64,000 nt of DNA from an uncultured Thermoplasmata archaeon (lineage in GTDB: Archaea > Thermoplasmatota > Thermoplasmata > UBA10834). Location of the stretch: assembly GCA_964644565.1 (NCBI GenBank), contig CAZXWO010000001.1, forward strand, positions 57,727-121,726. The letters are read 5' to 3'. The translations under genes were made by a program, and so were the position numbers. The notes beneath the pieces were generated by a model. The model searched no databases, had not been told where the DNA came from, and worked only from the letters and a program-made list of their open reading frames with translations. This document shows positions 36,053 to 45,877 of this stretch, piece by piece. How positions within the stretch are numbered: the first letter of the stretch is position 1; every line of letters begins with the position of its first letter.

Positions 36053-36504
36053 CAGGTGACGGGAAGAAGGGGACCAAGAGGGAGTACCCGGAGGCGCCGC
36101 TCGTCGGCGTCGGCACGGTGACCATCAAGGGCGGCAAGATACTGCTCATAAGGCGCGCCTTCGAGCCCGGGGCGGGCAAGTGGAGCATCCCCGGGGGGCT
36201 CGTCGAGGTCGGCGAGAAGCTGTCCGAGGCGGCGGCCAGGGAGACCGAGGAGGAGACCGGGGTCAAGGTCGAGGTCCTCGAGCTCATCAACGTGTTCGAC
36301 ATGATAGACCGGGACGAGAGCGGCAGGGCGAAGTACCACTACGTCCTCGTGGACTTCCTCTCGAAGCCCGTAGGGGGCAAGGAGAGGGTCAGCGACGAGG
36401 TCACGGACATCAGGTGGGTCACCTTCGAGGAGGCCAGGACGATGGACCTCACCAGGACGGCCAGGAAGGCCCTCGAGGAGCTCTTCGGCGGGGCCGTCGC
36501 CTAG
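36049..36504 (+). CDS. NUDIX hydrolase
   Basis: Nudix box GGLVEVGEKLSEAAARETEEETG. Confidence 0.93.
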   Translation: MTGDGKKGTKREYPEAPLVGVGTVTIKGGKILLIRRAFEPGAGKWSIPGGLVEVGEKLSEAAARETEEETGVKVEVLELINVFDMIDRDESGRAKYHYVLVDFLSKPVGGKERVSDEVTDIRWVTFEEARTMDLTRTARKALEELFGGAVA

Positions 36505-38792
36505 GACGTCCTGCCTGGCGGCATGAACAGGGGGAAGGACACCGTCCCTGGTTGGAGGGTCTTCCCGACGTTGGTGGTCTTCAGGACCAGCACCGGCACG
36601 TCCACGGACCTGATTATCCTGTCGAAGGATGCGCCGAACAGCGTCCTCTCTATCGCGGTCTGCGGGCCCGCACCCATCACGAGGAGGTCGAACTTGACCG
36701 TCTCCTGCTGGACGGCGCTGACGAGCGACTTCGAACGCAGGTACCTGACCTCGTGGGCGACGTTCGCGCGGGCGCATATCTTCCCCAGCCTCTCGGCGTT
36801 GCCCTTCGCGAGGGCCACCTGCCTGTCCTCGGTTATGACCGCCAATATCTCGACCGACGCGCCGTACTCCTTGGCCAGCGGGAGTGCCAGCAGCAGCGCC
36901 TTCCTCGTCTCATAGTACTTGCCGGAGACCACGAGGATCTTCTCGATGTTCTTGCTCAACCTCTTCGTCTTGATGATCGCAACGTCGCACGGGGCCCGCC
37001 TCACGACCTCGTCCAGGTTCCTCCCGAGTATCGTCCTGCCGCGCCTCTTGGTGCCCTTCCACCCCAGGACCAGGAGGTTGGCCGCCTCGTGCTTGATCTG
37101 GTCCAGTATGGCCCCCGGGACATAGTACGACACGGAGACCACCGGCCTGACGTTGACGGTGGACGGCGCGACCTTGACCGCTTTCTTGAGACCCTGGGCA
37201 ATCTCGTCGACGTAGTCCTTGCTGATCGCCTCCAGCGGCATCGCCCTCGGCACCTCCACCACGTTGTTCACGGTCAGGTCGCCCTTGAAGTACCTGGCGA
37301 TTATCCCCGCCGTCTCCACGAGCCTGAGGTCGCCCAGGTCGCCGAGGGCGAGGAACACCCTGTACCTGTCGATCTGCTCCTTCGGGAGGGGCTTCTGCGG
37401 GACCCTCCTCCTCTCGACTATGGACTGGTACTCCTCGGAGGGCCTGGCGAACGCTGAAAGACCCAGCCCGACGGCGACCCATACCGCCGTGATGTACCAT
37501 GCCACGGGCATGAACAGGTACAGGTACCCCGCGATCGCCACGCTGCACAGGATGCCCATGACAGGGAAGAGCGGGAACAGGGGCGTCTTGAACCCGATGT
37601 CTATCTTCGTCAGCCTCCGCCTCAGCTTGATGGCGGCGGCGTTCGCGAGGGTGAAGAGGAGGAGGAACATTATGGAGGTCGAGGCCACGACGACCTCGAG
37701 CGGGAAGAAGAAGGCCATGAAGAGCATGATGAGGCCCGTCACGAGTATCGCGTTGTGCGGCACCCTCCTCTTCTTGTGTATCGAGCCGAACATCCTGGGG
37801 AGGGACCTGTCCCTGCCCATGGCGAAGCTCACCCTGGAGGATGAGAACACCGTTGCGTTAAGCGCGGCCATGGCGGACAGGACACCGCCGAATATGACCA
37901 GCGGGGCGCCGAAGTACGGGATCAACCTCTCCGACACCGATATGACCGCGTTCTCGCCCTCACCACCGATCCAGTCGGGAGAGAAGTTGGCCAGGCAGGC
38001 GAAGGCGACACCGAGGTACAGGGCCGCCGCGACCGCCACAGAGATGAATATCGCCCTGGGGACGTTCTTCTTCGGGTTCTTGACCTCCTCCCCGCACTGC
38101 ACGATTATCTCGTAACCCTCGAAGGCGATGAAGGTGAACCCCATGACCATGAACACGTCGGTCAGCCCCTTGTCCTCGGGGAATATGGGGTCGAAGCTGT
38201 CGAGTATGTCCACCCCCTTCACGTCGAGGGCGTAGAGCACGGCGAACGCGATGAAGAAGGTGACGATCATGATCTGGATGAGCGTGATCATGTCGCTGGC
38301 CTTGCCGGTCGCTCCCACGCCCGCGTAGTTGACGACGAGGAAGAACAGTATCGCCGCGGTCGCGAAGACCTTCACGACCATCCCGTCCTCGAGGCCGAAG
38401 AAGTCCAACTGGAAATAGCCCATGAACGCCAGCATCGCGTAGCCCATGCCGAGGCCGTAGTAGCTGCACGCGACGGTGTGCCCGAACCATGACATCCACC
38501 CTGACAGGAACGCGGCGGGGTGCCTCAGGCCCTTCTTGGCCCAGAGATAACCGCCCCCCGCCTCAGGGAAGGTCGACCCCAGTTCGGCGTAGGTCCCGGC
38601 CGTGAACAGGGTGGCCAACGCGTTCAGCACGAACACGAGCATGACCGCTGACCCGACCTCCCTCGTCGCGACGCCGATCAGCACGAAGATGCTGGTGCCG
38701 ATCATGGCACCGACGCCGATCATAGTCACGTCGAAAAGGCCGAGGTCACGTCGAAGGGTGACGGTGACTGCGTGGCCGGCAGGATTCGACAT
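36501..38792 (-). CDS. APC family amino acid permease with C-terminal universal stress protein domains
   Basis: GVGAMIGTSIF, PEAGGGY, FEGYE, SSRVSFAMGRD; USP segments (RRAPCDVAI, GASFDRIIRSVDVPVLV). Confidence 0.93.
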   Translation of the reverse strand: MSNPAGHAVTVTLRRDLGLFDVTMIGVGAMIGTSIFVLIGVATREVGSAVMLVFVLNALATLFTAGTYAELGSTFPEAGGGYLWAKKGLRHPAAFLSGWMSWFGHTVACSYYGLGMGYAMLAFMGYFQLDFFGLEDGMVVKVFATAAILFFLVVNYAGVGATGKASDMITLIQIMIVTFFIAFAVLYALDVKGVDILDSFDPIFPEDKGLTDVFMVMGFTFIAFEGYEIIVQCGEEVKNPKKNVPRAIFISVAVAAALYLGVAFACLANFSPDWIGGEGENAVISVSERLIPYFGAPLVIFGGVLSAMAALNATVFSSSRVSFAMGRDRSLPRMFGSIHKKRRVPHNAILVTGLIMLFMAFFFPLEVVVASTSIMFLLLFTLANAAAIKLRRRLTKIDIGFKTPLFPLFPVMGILCSVAIAGYLYLFMPVAWYITAVWVAVGLGLSAFARPSEEYQSIVERRRVPQKPLPKEQIDRYRVFLALGDLGDLRLVETAGIIARYFKGDLTVNNVVEVPRAMPLEAISKDYVDEIAQGLKKAVKVAPSTVNVRPVVSVSYYVPGAILDQIKHEAANLLVLGWKGTKRRGRTILGRNLDEVVRRAPCDVAIIKTKRLSKNIEKILVVSGKYYETRKALLLALPLAKEYGASVEILAVITEDRQVALAKGNAERLGKICARANVAHEVRYLRSKSLVSAVQQETVKFDLLVMGAGPQTAIERTLFGASFDRIIRSVDVPVLVLKTTNVGKTLQPGTVSFPLFMPPGRTS

Positions 38793-38965
38793 CTGGGTCC
38801 TTGGGATTACACGGGCGCCGTATAAGTCTTTGCGGTGAGCGTTCGTGAACGGGCCGCCACTGGAGTAGCGTCGGGGTCACTGGCCTGGGTGTCCGAACGG
38901 CGCCCTGGCACTAAACGGCATTATATATACTTTTATATCGCGGCTCGACGTTCTCGTGAACCGCA

Positions 38966-40654
38966 TTGGCCAACACCCTCTTCCTACGACTAACAGAGAG
39001 CATCCTAGACGAGGTCTTGAGCTGGGACCCGACCCAGGCCACCCAGCTCGGGTGGCGCAAGTACGACGCCGTGCTTAAGGACCTGTCCGCTGAGGCATAC
39101 GCCCGCCAGCGGACGAGGATGAGGGAGTTCGTCGAGAGGCTCGAGGGGTTCGGGGACCACGAGCTGTCCGAAGAGGAGATCATCGACAGGGACCTCGCGA
39201 TACAGCTCTTCCGGATGAGGATATTCGAGGCCGAGGAACTCAGGATCCATGAGCGCATGGCACTCGCGACCGAGGACCTCGGGAGCGCCCTCTTCTTCCT
39301 CTTCACGAGGGACGACAGCCCCCTCGAGAGCAGGATAGACTCCATCACCTCCAGGCTCGAGAAGGTCCCTGAGTACCTCGAGCGGTCGAAGTCGTCGCTC
39401 ACCTCGCCGTGCAGGCTGTGGACCGAGATAGCCCTGGAGACGGGGAGGGCGCTCGGGTCGTTCCTGGACACGATCGAGTCGCACGCGGTCAGCATGTTCG
39501 GCAGGACGGACAGGACTGCCAGGCTCTCTTCCGCCGTCAAGGGGGCCAAGGAGGCCCTGGACGGTTACAACAGGTGGCTGGAGGAGGACATGCTCCCCAC
39601 CTCGTCCACCGACACACACGTGTCCGCCGACGTCTTCGAGCGGTACATGAAGCTGAAGGGCTTCGACATCACGCCGGACGAGGCGCTGAAGGTCGGCGAG
39701 GCGCACCTCTTGAAGACCCGCGACCGGATGGCGTGGACCGCGGGGAAGGTCGTCAAGTCCGGCTCCATCCAGGAGGCGCTCGAACTGATGAAGTCCATGC
39801 ACCCCGCCGACTTCGACGAGGTCCTGGCATGCTACAGGAACGACATCCAGAGGGCGCGGGACTTCCTCACCGAACGGGACCTGGCCACGGTGCCGGACGG
39901 GGAGAACCTCAGGGTCATAGAGACGCCGGTCTTCATGCGGCACATCGCCCCCTTCGCCGCGCAGTACGAGCCTGGCAAGTTCACCGGGGACCGCACCGGG
40001 CTGTTCCTGGTGACCCCGAACGACGACCCTGACGCGCTCAAGGACCACTGTTACGCGCTCATCTCCAACACGGCGGTGCACGAGGGGTACCCCGGCCACC
40101 ACCTGCAGGGGATATGCGCGAACACCCACCCCTCCGCGGTGAGGGTGCTGGTCACCTCCATGGACTTCGGGGAGGGCTGGGCGCTCTACTGCGAGGAGCT
40201 CATGCTCGAGCAGGGGTTCAACGACTCGTTCGAGGGCAGGCTCGCCCAGCTCAGCGACCTGATGTTCAGGGTCGTCAGGGTGATGGCGGACGTGAAGCTC
40301 TCGAGGGGGGAGATCGCCCCCGAGGAGGTCGCGGAGATGCTCGTGCGCGAGACGGGCATGCAGCGGGCGGCTGCCCTGAGCGAAGCGAAGAGCTACACCT
40401 ACTGCCCGACCTACTACCTGTCGTACTTCATAGGGAAGCTCGGGCTCCTCCAGCTGCTGGAGGACGTCAAGAGGGCCATGGGCAGCCGGTTCTCGATCAA
40501 GCTCTTCCACGACACGCTCCTGTACGCCGGCTGCCTGCCGATACCGTTCATGCGGCGTGAGATGGCAATGCGCCTCAGGCAGGAGTACGGGATAGAGCTC
40601 GGCGGCCCGAGGGAGCGGCTGGTCGAATACGCTCTCAGAGAGGCGGCCCGCTGA
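38966..40654 (+). CDS. DUF885 family protein (putative metallopeptidase-like)
   Basis: VHEGYPGHHLQ, EGWALYCE, PTYYLSYFIG. Confidence 0.9.
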   Translation: MANTLFLRLTESILDEVLSWDPTQATQLGWRKYDAVLKDLSAEAYARQRTRMREFVERLEGFGDHELSEEEIIDRDLAIQLFRMRIFEAEELRIHERMALATEDLGSALFFLFTRDDSPLESRIDSITSRLEKVPEYLERSKSSLTSPCRLWTEIALETGRALGSFLDTIESHAVSMFGRTDRTARLSSAVKGAKEALDGYNRWLEEDMLPTSSTDTHVSADVFERYMKLKGFDITPDEALKVGEAHLLKTRDRMAWTAGKVVKSGSIQEALELMKSMHPADFDEVLACYRNDIQRARDFLTERDLATVPDGENLRVIETPVFMRHIAPFAAQYEPGKFTGDRTGLFLVTPNDDPDALKDHCYALISNTAVHEGYPGHHLQGICANTHPSAVRVLVTSMDFGEGWALYCEELMLEQGFNDSFEGRLAQLSDLMFRVVRVMADVKLSRGEIAPEEVAEMLVRETGMQRAAALSEAKSYTYCPTYYLSYFIGKLGLLQLLEDVKRAMGSRFSIKLFHDTLLYAGCLPIPFMRREMAMRLRQEYGIELGGPRERLVEYALREAAR

Positions 40655-40665
40655 ACGCGGGGCCC

Positions 40666-43600
40666 TCACGACTCCTTCGTGAGGATGTCGACCCACTCCT
40701 CCTCGCGGATCTCCTCCTCGGTGACCCACGAGCCGGGCTCGAACTCGTCCGACATGAACTTCAGGAGCATGCCCTCGACGCCCTTGACCGACTTCATCGT
40801 CCCGTTCCAGCGCTCGAGCCTCTCCCCGTACCGCTCCTCCACGTCCCTGAGGAGCATCGGTATGGCCTCGAAGACGCCCTTGGGGGGCCATCCCGAGTAG
40901 ATCATGGCCACGTACACGGACTTGCCCTTCTCTATCAGGACGTTCTTGTCTCCTATCTCGAGCTTCTTCAGCCCGACCTCTCCCGCCTGGAAGGAGTCGC
41001 GGACGAACTCCTGCACGGCGGTGAACATCGCGCTGACGACGTCCTTGTCGATGCTCATGTTCTCCTGCCTGGTGACGTGCGCCACGAGCCTGCCGTCGTT
41101 GTGAATCAGGAAGAGGTTCTCGAGGGCGTAGGGCCTCGGCAGCCTGCTGGCCGCGAAGAAGCCGGCCACGCCCGCCGCCAGGACGACGAGCGGGAGGCTG
41201 TACGGGTAGCCGATGGTGTCCGCGGTCGTCTTCTTGAGCGCGATGGTGAATGTGACCGAGTTGGAGCGCGCCCCCTCCTCGTCCTCGACGTATATCGTGA
41301 CGGATATCTCGTCCAGGTCCCCGGGCATGCTCACGTAGAGGTACTCCCCGACCGCGGAGACGAGCGCCGCGGGGGTCGCGGTGACGTTCAGCTGCATCTC
41401 CGGGGTTTCCTTGTCGGAGAAGTACTGTATGACCATCATCTGGAAGTTGCGCGGCCAGCCGGCCAGCTCCTTGTCCCCTATCGGCGCGACGACCGGCGCG
41501 TCGTTCACGGGAGTGACGACCACCGTGACGCTCCATGAGGCCCAGGCGAGGTGCGAGTCCAGGCACTTGAACTCCACCACCTCGTAACCCGACCAGTCGG
41601 CCTCGGCCGAGAAGTTCACGGAGCCGTCCTCGTAGATCGTGACCCTGACCTTCTCGTCCTCGCTCCCGAACTTCACCATGTAGTCGTGCTCGGTGTCGTC
41701 GACGTCGTAGAAGAGCATGTCCAGGTCGAGCGTCCCGTTCAGGTAGCCGTCCTCAGGGAAGGAGATGATGTCCGGGTACGGGACCGGGCTGACGACCGCG
41801 GGGGGGTAGTTGTCGCTCACGGTGACCGTGAAGTTCCCCCAGTTCCCCTCGCCCTCCGGGTCCACGACCCACATCTCCACATCGACGTTGTAGGACCCGG
41901 CATAGGCGCCCCCCGACAGGTCCGCCGGGAACATGAGGAGGATGTCGCCTCCGGAGTACGTGACGTAGGGGCTGTCGAATGCGAAAGTGAGCTCCGCGAA
42001 GGAGTGGTCCGGGTCGCTGACGTACAGCCCCGCGTCGAGCCTGTACTCGACATCGTAGCGTACATGGATCGCGCCGGGGGACGACACCGAGGGCGCGTCG
42101 TTGACGGGGATGACCGTGACTGTCACCGTGTCGGTCTTGAAGGCGCCCGTGGGGTCCACCGCGGTGAAGGTGCCGTCCGTGACGCCGGACCACTCGTACG
42201 GCGCGGACAGCCTGACCTCGTGCGTCGTCTTGTTGATGTCGACGACTATGTTCAGGAAGCCCGTCTTGTAGATGAGTATGTCCTCGTCGACGTCCTCGAA
42301 GTAGTCGTCCAGGTCGAAGACCAGCCTGTACATCTCACCCTCCAGGAGGTCGGGGATGTCTGGCAGTTCGGTCGTCAGGTCCGGGGGCGTGTCGTCCGTC
42401 ACCCAGACGACGATGCTGAGGTACGCGGAGTTGGTCGAATCGGCCGCCATGCTCGAGGGGGCGTCCGTGAGGGTGACCTTCATCGTCTCGAAGTAGCTCT
42501 CGGTCCCGTCCTTCTCCGTGAAGAGGAAGGAGGCTATGAACCCGTCGAACACGACCGATCCCCATTCCGAGGAGGTGACGTACATGGACAGCTCCTCGGG
42601 GGGGTTGTCGACGTCCGACACGTAGTAAGCGAAGTCGAAGGAGTAGAGCATGTCGAACTTGACGTAGTACTCCGTCGGGGGCGAGTGCACGAACACTGGC
42701 CGGTCGTTGACCGGCTGTATGCTCACCACGACGTCCTGGTACGTCGAGTAGCCAGCGAGGTCCCTCACCCAGAGCCTGAAGGTGTCGGTGCCGAACTTGT
42801 CCGGCTGGGTCATGAACAGGACCATGGCCGTCGAGGCCGGGTCGAACGTGACGATGTACAGGGAGTTGTCCACGCCATCCACGTACCACCTGAGGCCCGA
42901 GGTGCCGTTCACGTGGTTCCAGTAGGACGCGAGGCTAAGGGACCACGATGTGTCCTCGTTGGCTATCTGGGCGGGGATCGTGCTCAGCCACGGCCCGTTC
43001 AGGGCGTTCGTCACCGTGACCTGGACGGACGCGCTCAGCAGCCCGGCCGAGACGGTGACGACGCCGGCCTCCGGGATGAACCCAGCGGTGTACAGGACCG
43101 ACGAGCCCGTCCCGGTTATGTGCCCGGAGGTGTTGGTGAACCATATCGGGCTCGAGAGCGGCACGACGTTGTCGTACGAGTCGTATCCCACGGCCGTGAT
43201 CGTGATCGACTGCCCTTCCTTGATGGTGATGGGGCCCGCCGGGACCAGCTCGATCCTGTAGAGGCTGCCTGCGGCCACCGTCACGTCGACGGAGACGTTC
43301 GCTCCCGAGGCCGGGTCCTCGCACCCCACGGTCGCCGTGCCCGCCGAGTCGACGTGGAGCGTCGCGGTGAATCCTGTTGCGTCCAGGGTGCCTATGTCGC
43401 CGTCGAGGGACCACTCCGGGGTCCAGCTGTGGTTCTCATGGCCCAGGGAGTCGTAGCCAGTGACGGTGAACAGCTCCGAGCCGCCGAGGTCGATGTCGAG
43501 CGGGCCCGTCGGGTCGATGGATATCGACACCACGGGGCCGGCGAAGACCGCGACCTGGTCGCTCCAGCCGTAGTGGCCGTTGGAGGAGGCCCTTATGACG

Positions 43601-44859
43601 ATCACATCCTCGCTGACGTCGTACACCTGGTCTGTGATCGTCACGGTCCCGCCCTCGGTCCCGTCGAACTCCACGGTGGAGTTGGACAGCGGCTCCGTCT
43701 TGGGGGTCACCATGTCGATGTCGAAAGGCTCCAGGACAACCGTGCCACGCCAGTTCGTTATGACCGCGTCGAGGGAGTCGAGCGCCGTCACCGTCATCTC
43801 GAAGTCGACGCCGGCGGTCACGGAGGCCGGGGCGGTCACCTGGAAGTGGTCCACGGCGACGACCGATACGGACACGTTCATCCACGTGGGCGAACCGTGG
43901 GCGTCGCTCCCGTTGACCGTGACGGTGTAGGTCCCGCTGCCGAGCGGCCCTACCGCGTGCGAGAAGACCACCCACGACGAGTCCGCCGACGGATCTACGG
44001 CGGCCGTCGACATCGCTGACCTGGGCAACACGACCGTGCCGTTGGAGCTGTATGCCACCGTGCACTCCGCAGGGGCGGTCTCGTACGTGCCGAACGGGTT
44101 GGTCACGTTGGCGACGACGACGATTGGCTCGGTGTCAGAGAACGTGTCCCGTTGTGTGCCTTCGGTGTCCTCCGTCCTCACCTCGGATACCGACACGAAG
44201 TCCAGCACCGGGACCGTGATGTAGGAGTCGAAGTAGTCGTCGTCGTACAGGACCAGGAGGCCGTCGTTGAGCGAATCTCCCCTCATTATCGTCAGGACGA
44301 GCCGGTGCCCGTCGAGGAGGGTGTAGTTCACGGACGGGACCGTGAGATTGTAAGGCTTGAACGCGGAGAAGAAGGGGCCCAGTAGCGGGGTGCTCGCGGT
44401 GCCGATCGTCGTCCACGAATCTGGGGTGGCCCACTGTCCAGGGGCGATGTCTGAGAGCGTGACAGTCATTACGGACGCGGACTCGTTGTCCCTGGACGCC
44501 GCCCACACGCGGAAGTCCACGTCACCGGATATCCTCACGTCCTGGTTGACCTCCGGGTCGAGCGCCCAGAAGTGCCGCCACCTGGCCGAGGGCAGGTTCT
44601 TCCTGATCGTGACCCCCAGGAGCCCGTCCCCGTCGTAGTCGAGGTCTCCCGGGTTCTGAGGATCCGACGTGTTGAGCCAATCGTAGTCGCTGATGGTCGT
44701 CGGCACTCCCTCGTGCATCCGGAAGATCTTGGACCAGGACGGCAGCGACTCCGCCGCCACCGGGGCGGTCGCGGAGTCGAGGAGCGGTATGACCGACGAG
44801 GCGACGATCAGGACCGCGAGCAGGACCGCAGGTGAGCCGCTCCGAACCCGAGCGGGCAT
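40666..44859 (-). CDS. Large cell-surface protein: signal peptide, Ig/cadherin-like repeats, one TM helix and a cytoplasmic longin/roadblock-like domain (start uncertain: 44859, 44886 or 44895)
   Basis: Hydrophobic N-terminus; repeated PVND(A/R)P motifs; TM SLPLVVLAAGVAGFFAA; then LENLFLIHNDGRLV...VVSAMFTAVQEFVRDSF. Confidence 0.85.
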   Translation of the reverse strand: MPARVRSGSPAVLLAVLIVASSVIPLLDSATAPVAAESLPSWSKIFRMHEGVPTTISDYDWLNTSDPQNPGDLDYDGDGLLGVTIRKNLPSARWRHFWALDPEVNQDVRISGDVDFRVWAASRDNESASVMTVTLSDIAPGQWATPDSWTTIGTASTPLLGPFFSAFKPYNLTVPSVNYTLLDGHRLVLTIMRGDSLNDGLLVLYDDDYFDSYITVPVLDFVSVSEVRTEDTEGTQRDTFSDTEPIVVVANVTNPFGTYETAPAECTVAYSSNGTVVLPRSAMSTAAVDPSADSSWVVFSHAVGPLGSGTYTVTVNGSDAHGSPTWMNVSVSVVAVDHFQVTAPASVTAGVDFEMTVTALDSLDAVITNWRGTVVLEPFDIDMVTPKTEPLSNSTVEFDGTEGGTVTITDQVYDVSEDVIVIRASSNGHYGWSDQVAVFAGPVVSISIDPTGPLDIDLGGSELFTVTGYDSLGHENHSWTPEWSLDGDIGTLDATGFTATLHVDSAGTATVGCEDPASGANVSVDVTVAAGSLYRIELVPAGPITIKEGQSITITAVGYDSYDNVVPLSSPIWFTNTSGHITGTGSSVLYTAGFIPEAGVVTVSAGLLSASVQVTVTNALNGPWLSTIPAQIANEDTSWSLSLASYWNHVNGTSGLRWYVDGVDNSLYIVTFDPASTAMVLFMTQPDKFGTDTFRLWVRDLAGYSTYQDVVVSIQPVNDRPVFVHSPPTEYYVKFDMLYSFDFAYYVSDVDNPPEELSMYVTSSEWGSVVFDGFIASFLFTEKDGTESYFETMKVTLTDAPSSMAADSTNSAYLSIVVWVTDDTPPDLTTELPDIPDLLEGEMYRLVFDLDDYFEDVDEDILIYKTGFLNIVVDINKTTHEVRLSAPYEWSGVTDGTFTAVDPTGAFKTDTVTVTVIPVNDAPSVSSPGAIHVRYDVEYRLDAGLYVSDPDHSFAELTFAFDSPYVTYSGGDILLMFPADLSGGAYAGSYNVDVEMWVVDPEGEGNWGNFTVTVSDNYPPAVVSPVPYPDIISFPEDGYLNGTLDLDMLFYDVDDTEHDYMVKFGSEDEKVRVTIYEDGSVNFSAEADWSGYEVVEFKCLDSHLAWASWSVTVVVTPVNDAPVVAPIGDKELAGWPRNFQMMVIQYFSDKETPEMQLNVTATPAALVSAVGEYLYVSMPGDLDEISVTIYVEDEEGARSNSVTFTIALKKTTADTIGYPYSLPLVVLAAGVAGFFAASRLPRPYALENLFLIHNDGRLVAHVTRQENMSIDKDVVSAMFTAVQEFVRDSFQAGEVGLKKLEIGDKNVLIEKGKSVYVAMIYSGWPPKGVFEAIPMLLRDVEERYGERLERWNGTMKSVKGVEGMLLKFMSDEFEPGSWVTEEEIREEEWVDILTKES

Positions 44860-44990
44860 GCTGTCCCCTGCGTGAACCTCCTTCATGCGCCTCAACGGCC
44901 CCTCATGCGATATGCAATTTGATTCATAGCCGTTGCTGGGCTTATAAGCATTCTCAGTTTGTTATCAGGGCTGGTAATGGGTACTGGCGC

Positions 44991-45533
44991 CTACTTGGAG
45001 CCCATCTTCTCCGAGACCGCCAGGCCGAGGGCCTTGAAGACCTCGTCCACGTTCTGCCCCGTCTTGGCGCTGGTCATGAAGGCCTTGGACTTGTACTTCG
45101 CGGCCAGCTCCTGGAGCTCGGACTCCTTTATGACGCGCTCGTTCTCCATGTCGGCCTTGTTCCCCGCGAACACAATGGGGACGTCCCCAGCGACGTCGGT
45201 CAGGGCCTTTATCCAGTACCTGAGCTCCTCGAGGGTCTCCTTGTTGGTCAGGTCGCACACCGCGATGGCGCCGTGGGCGCCGAAGAAGTACGCCTCGCGG
45301 AGCAGCTCCCTGAAGCCCTTCTGGCCCATGATGTCCCAGACGAGCATCATGACCTTCACGTTGACGCCCTGGTCGTTGACCTCGACGATCTTCTTGGTGA
45401 CCTTCGTGCCGATGGTCGCAATGTACCTGTCGTCGAAGACGTCCAGCACGAACCTCTTTATGAGGCTGGTCTTGCCGACGCCCGCGTCTCCGATGAAGCA
45501 TATCTTGACTTTCATTAGGTCATCGTCGCTCAT
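44991..45533 (-). CDS. Rab-like small GTPase
   Basis: G1 GDAGVGKTS, G2 ATIG, G3 WDIMGQ, G4 GNKAD, G5 TSAK; no C-terminal Cys lipidation motif. Confidence 0.92.
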   Translation of the reverse strand: MSDDDLMKVKICFIGDAGVGKTSLIKRFVLDVFDDRYIATIGTKVTKKIVEVNDQGVNVKVMMLVWDIMGQKGFRELLREAYFFGAHGAIAVCDLTNKETLEELRYWIKALTDVAGDVPIVFAGNKADMENERVIKESELQELAAKYKSKAFMTSAKTGQNVDEVFKALGLAVSEKMGSK

Positions 45534-45722
45534 AAGGTCCTCTCCATTCTGGGAGGCTCAAGCATGTTCTTCGGGTAAATAAACTCTGCCCCTCTTAAGC
45601 CTTTGGTAAATGCCTGGCTGGCCGCCATCCGTCTGGCGACGCCTCCTCAGGACTGACCACATGCATGGAATCCGCCGCAAGAGTGATAACCCATGGAGCG
45701 CTACAGGGGGACGAGGTGAGAG

Positions 45723-45821
45723 ATGATGGACAATGTGAGGACAGACGAGTCCTCGATCGACTATCTGAAACTCTTCGACGACTTCACGGATGAAGCCGAC
45801 GGCGATTTCTCAGAGAAGTGA
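45723..45821 (+). CDS. Putative 32-aa acidic small protein
   Basis: GAGGTG RBS then MMDNVRTDESSIDYLKLFDDFTDEADGDFSEK; mostly G/C-ending codons; below the track cutoff. Confidence 0.45.
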   Translation: MMDNVRTDESSIDYLKLFDDFTDEADGDFSEK

Positions 45822-45877
45822 ACGAGAGCTTGTGCCGTTCCCGCGGCCCGGCCGCGATGACTATATCACGGAGCTAG

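Noticed and set aside
38840-38962. Short CGTTC...GAAC palindromes between the permease and DUF885
   Set aside because: Too short and GC-rich to tell from chance without comparative data.
39005-44019. Very long plus-strand ORFs (39005-41566, 41551-44019)
   Set aside because: Shadow frames of the GC3-rich DUF885 and surface-protein genes; low-complexity R/G/V/H composition and no motifs.
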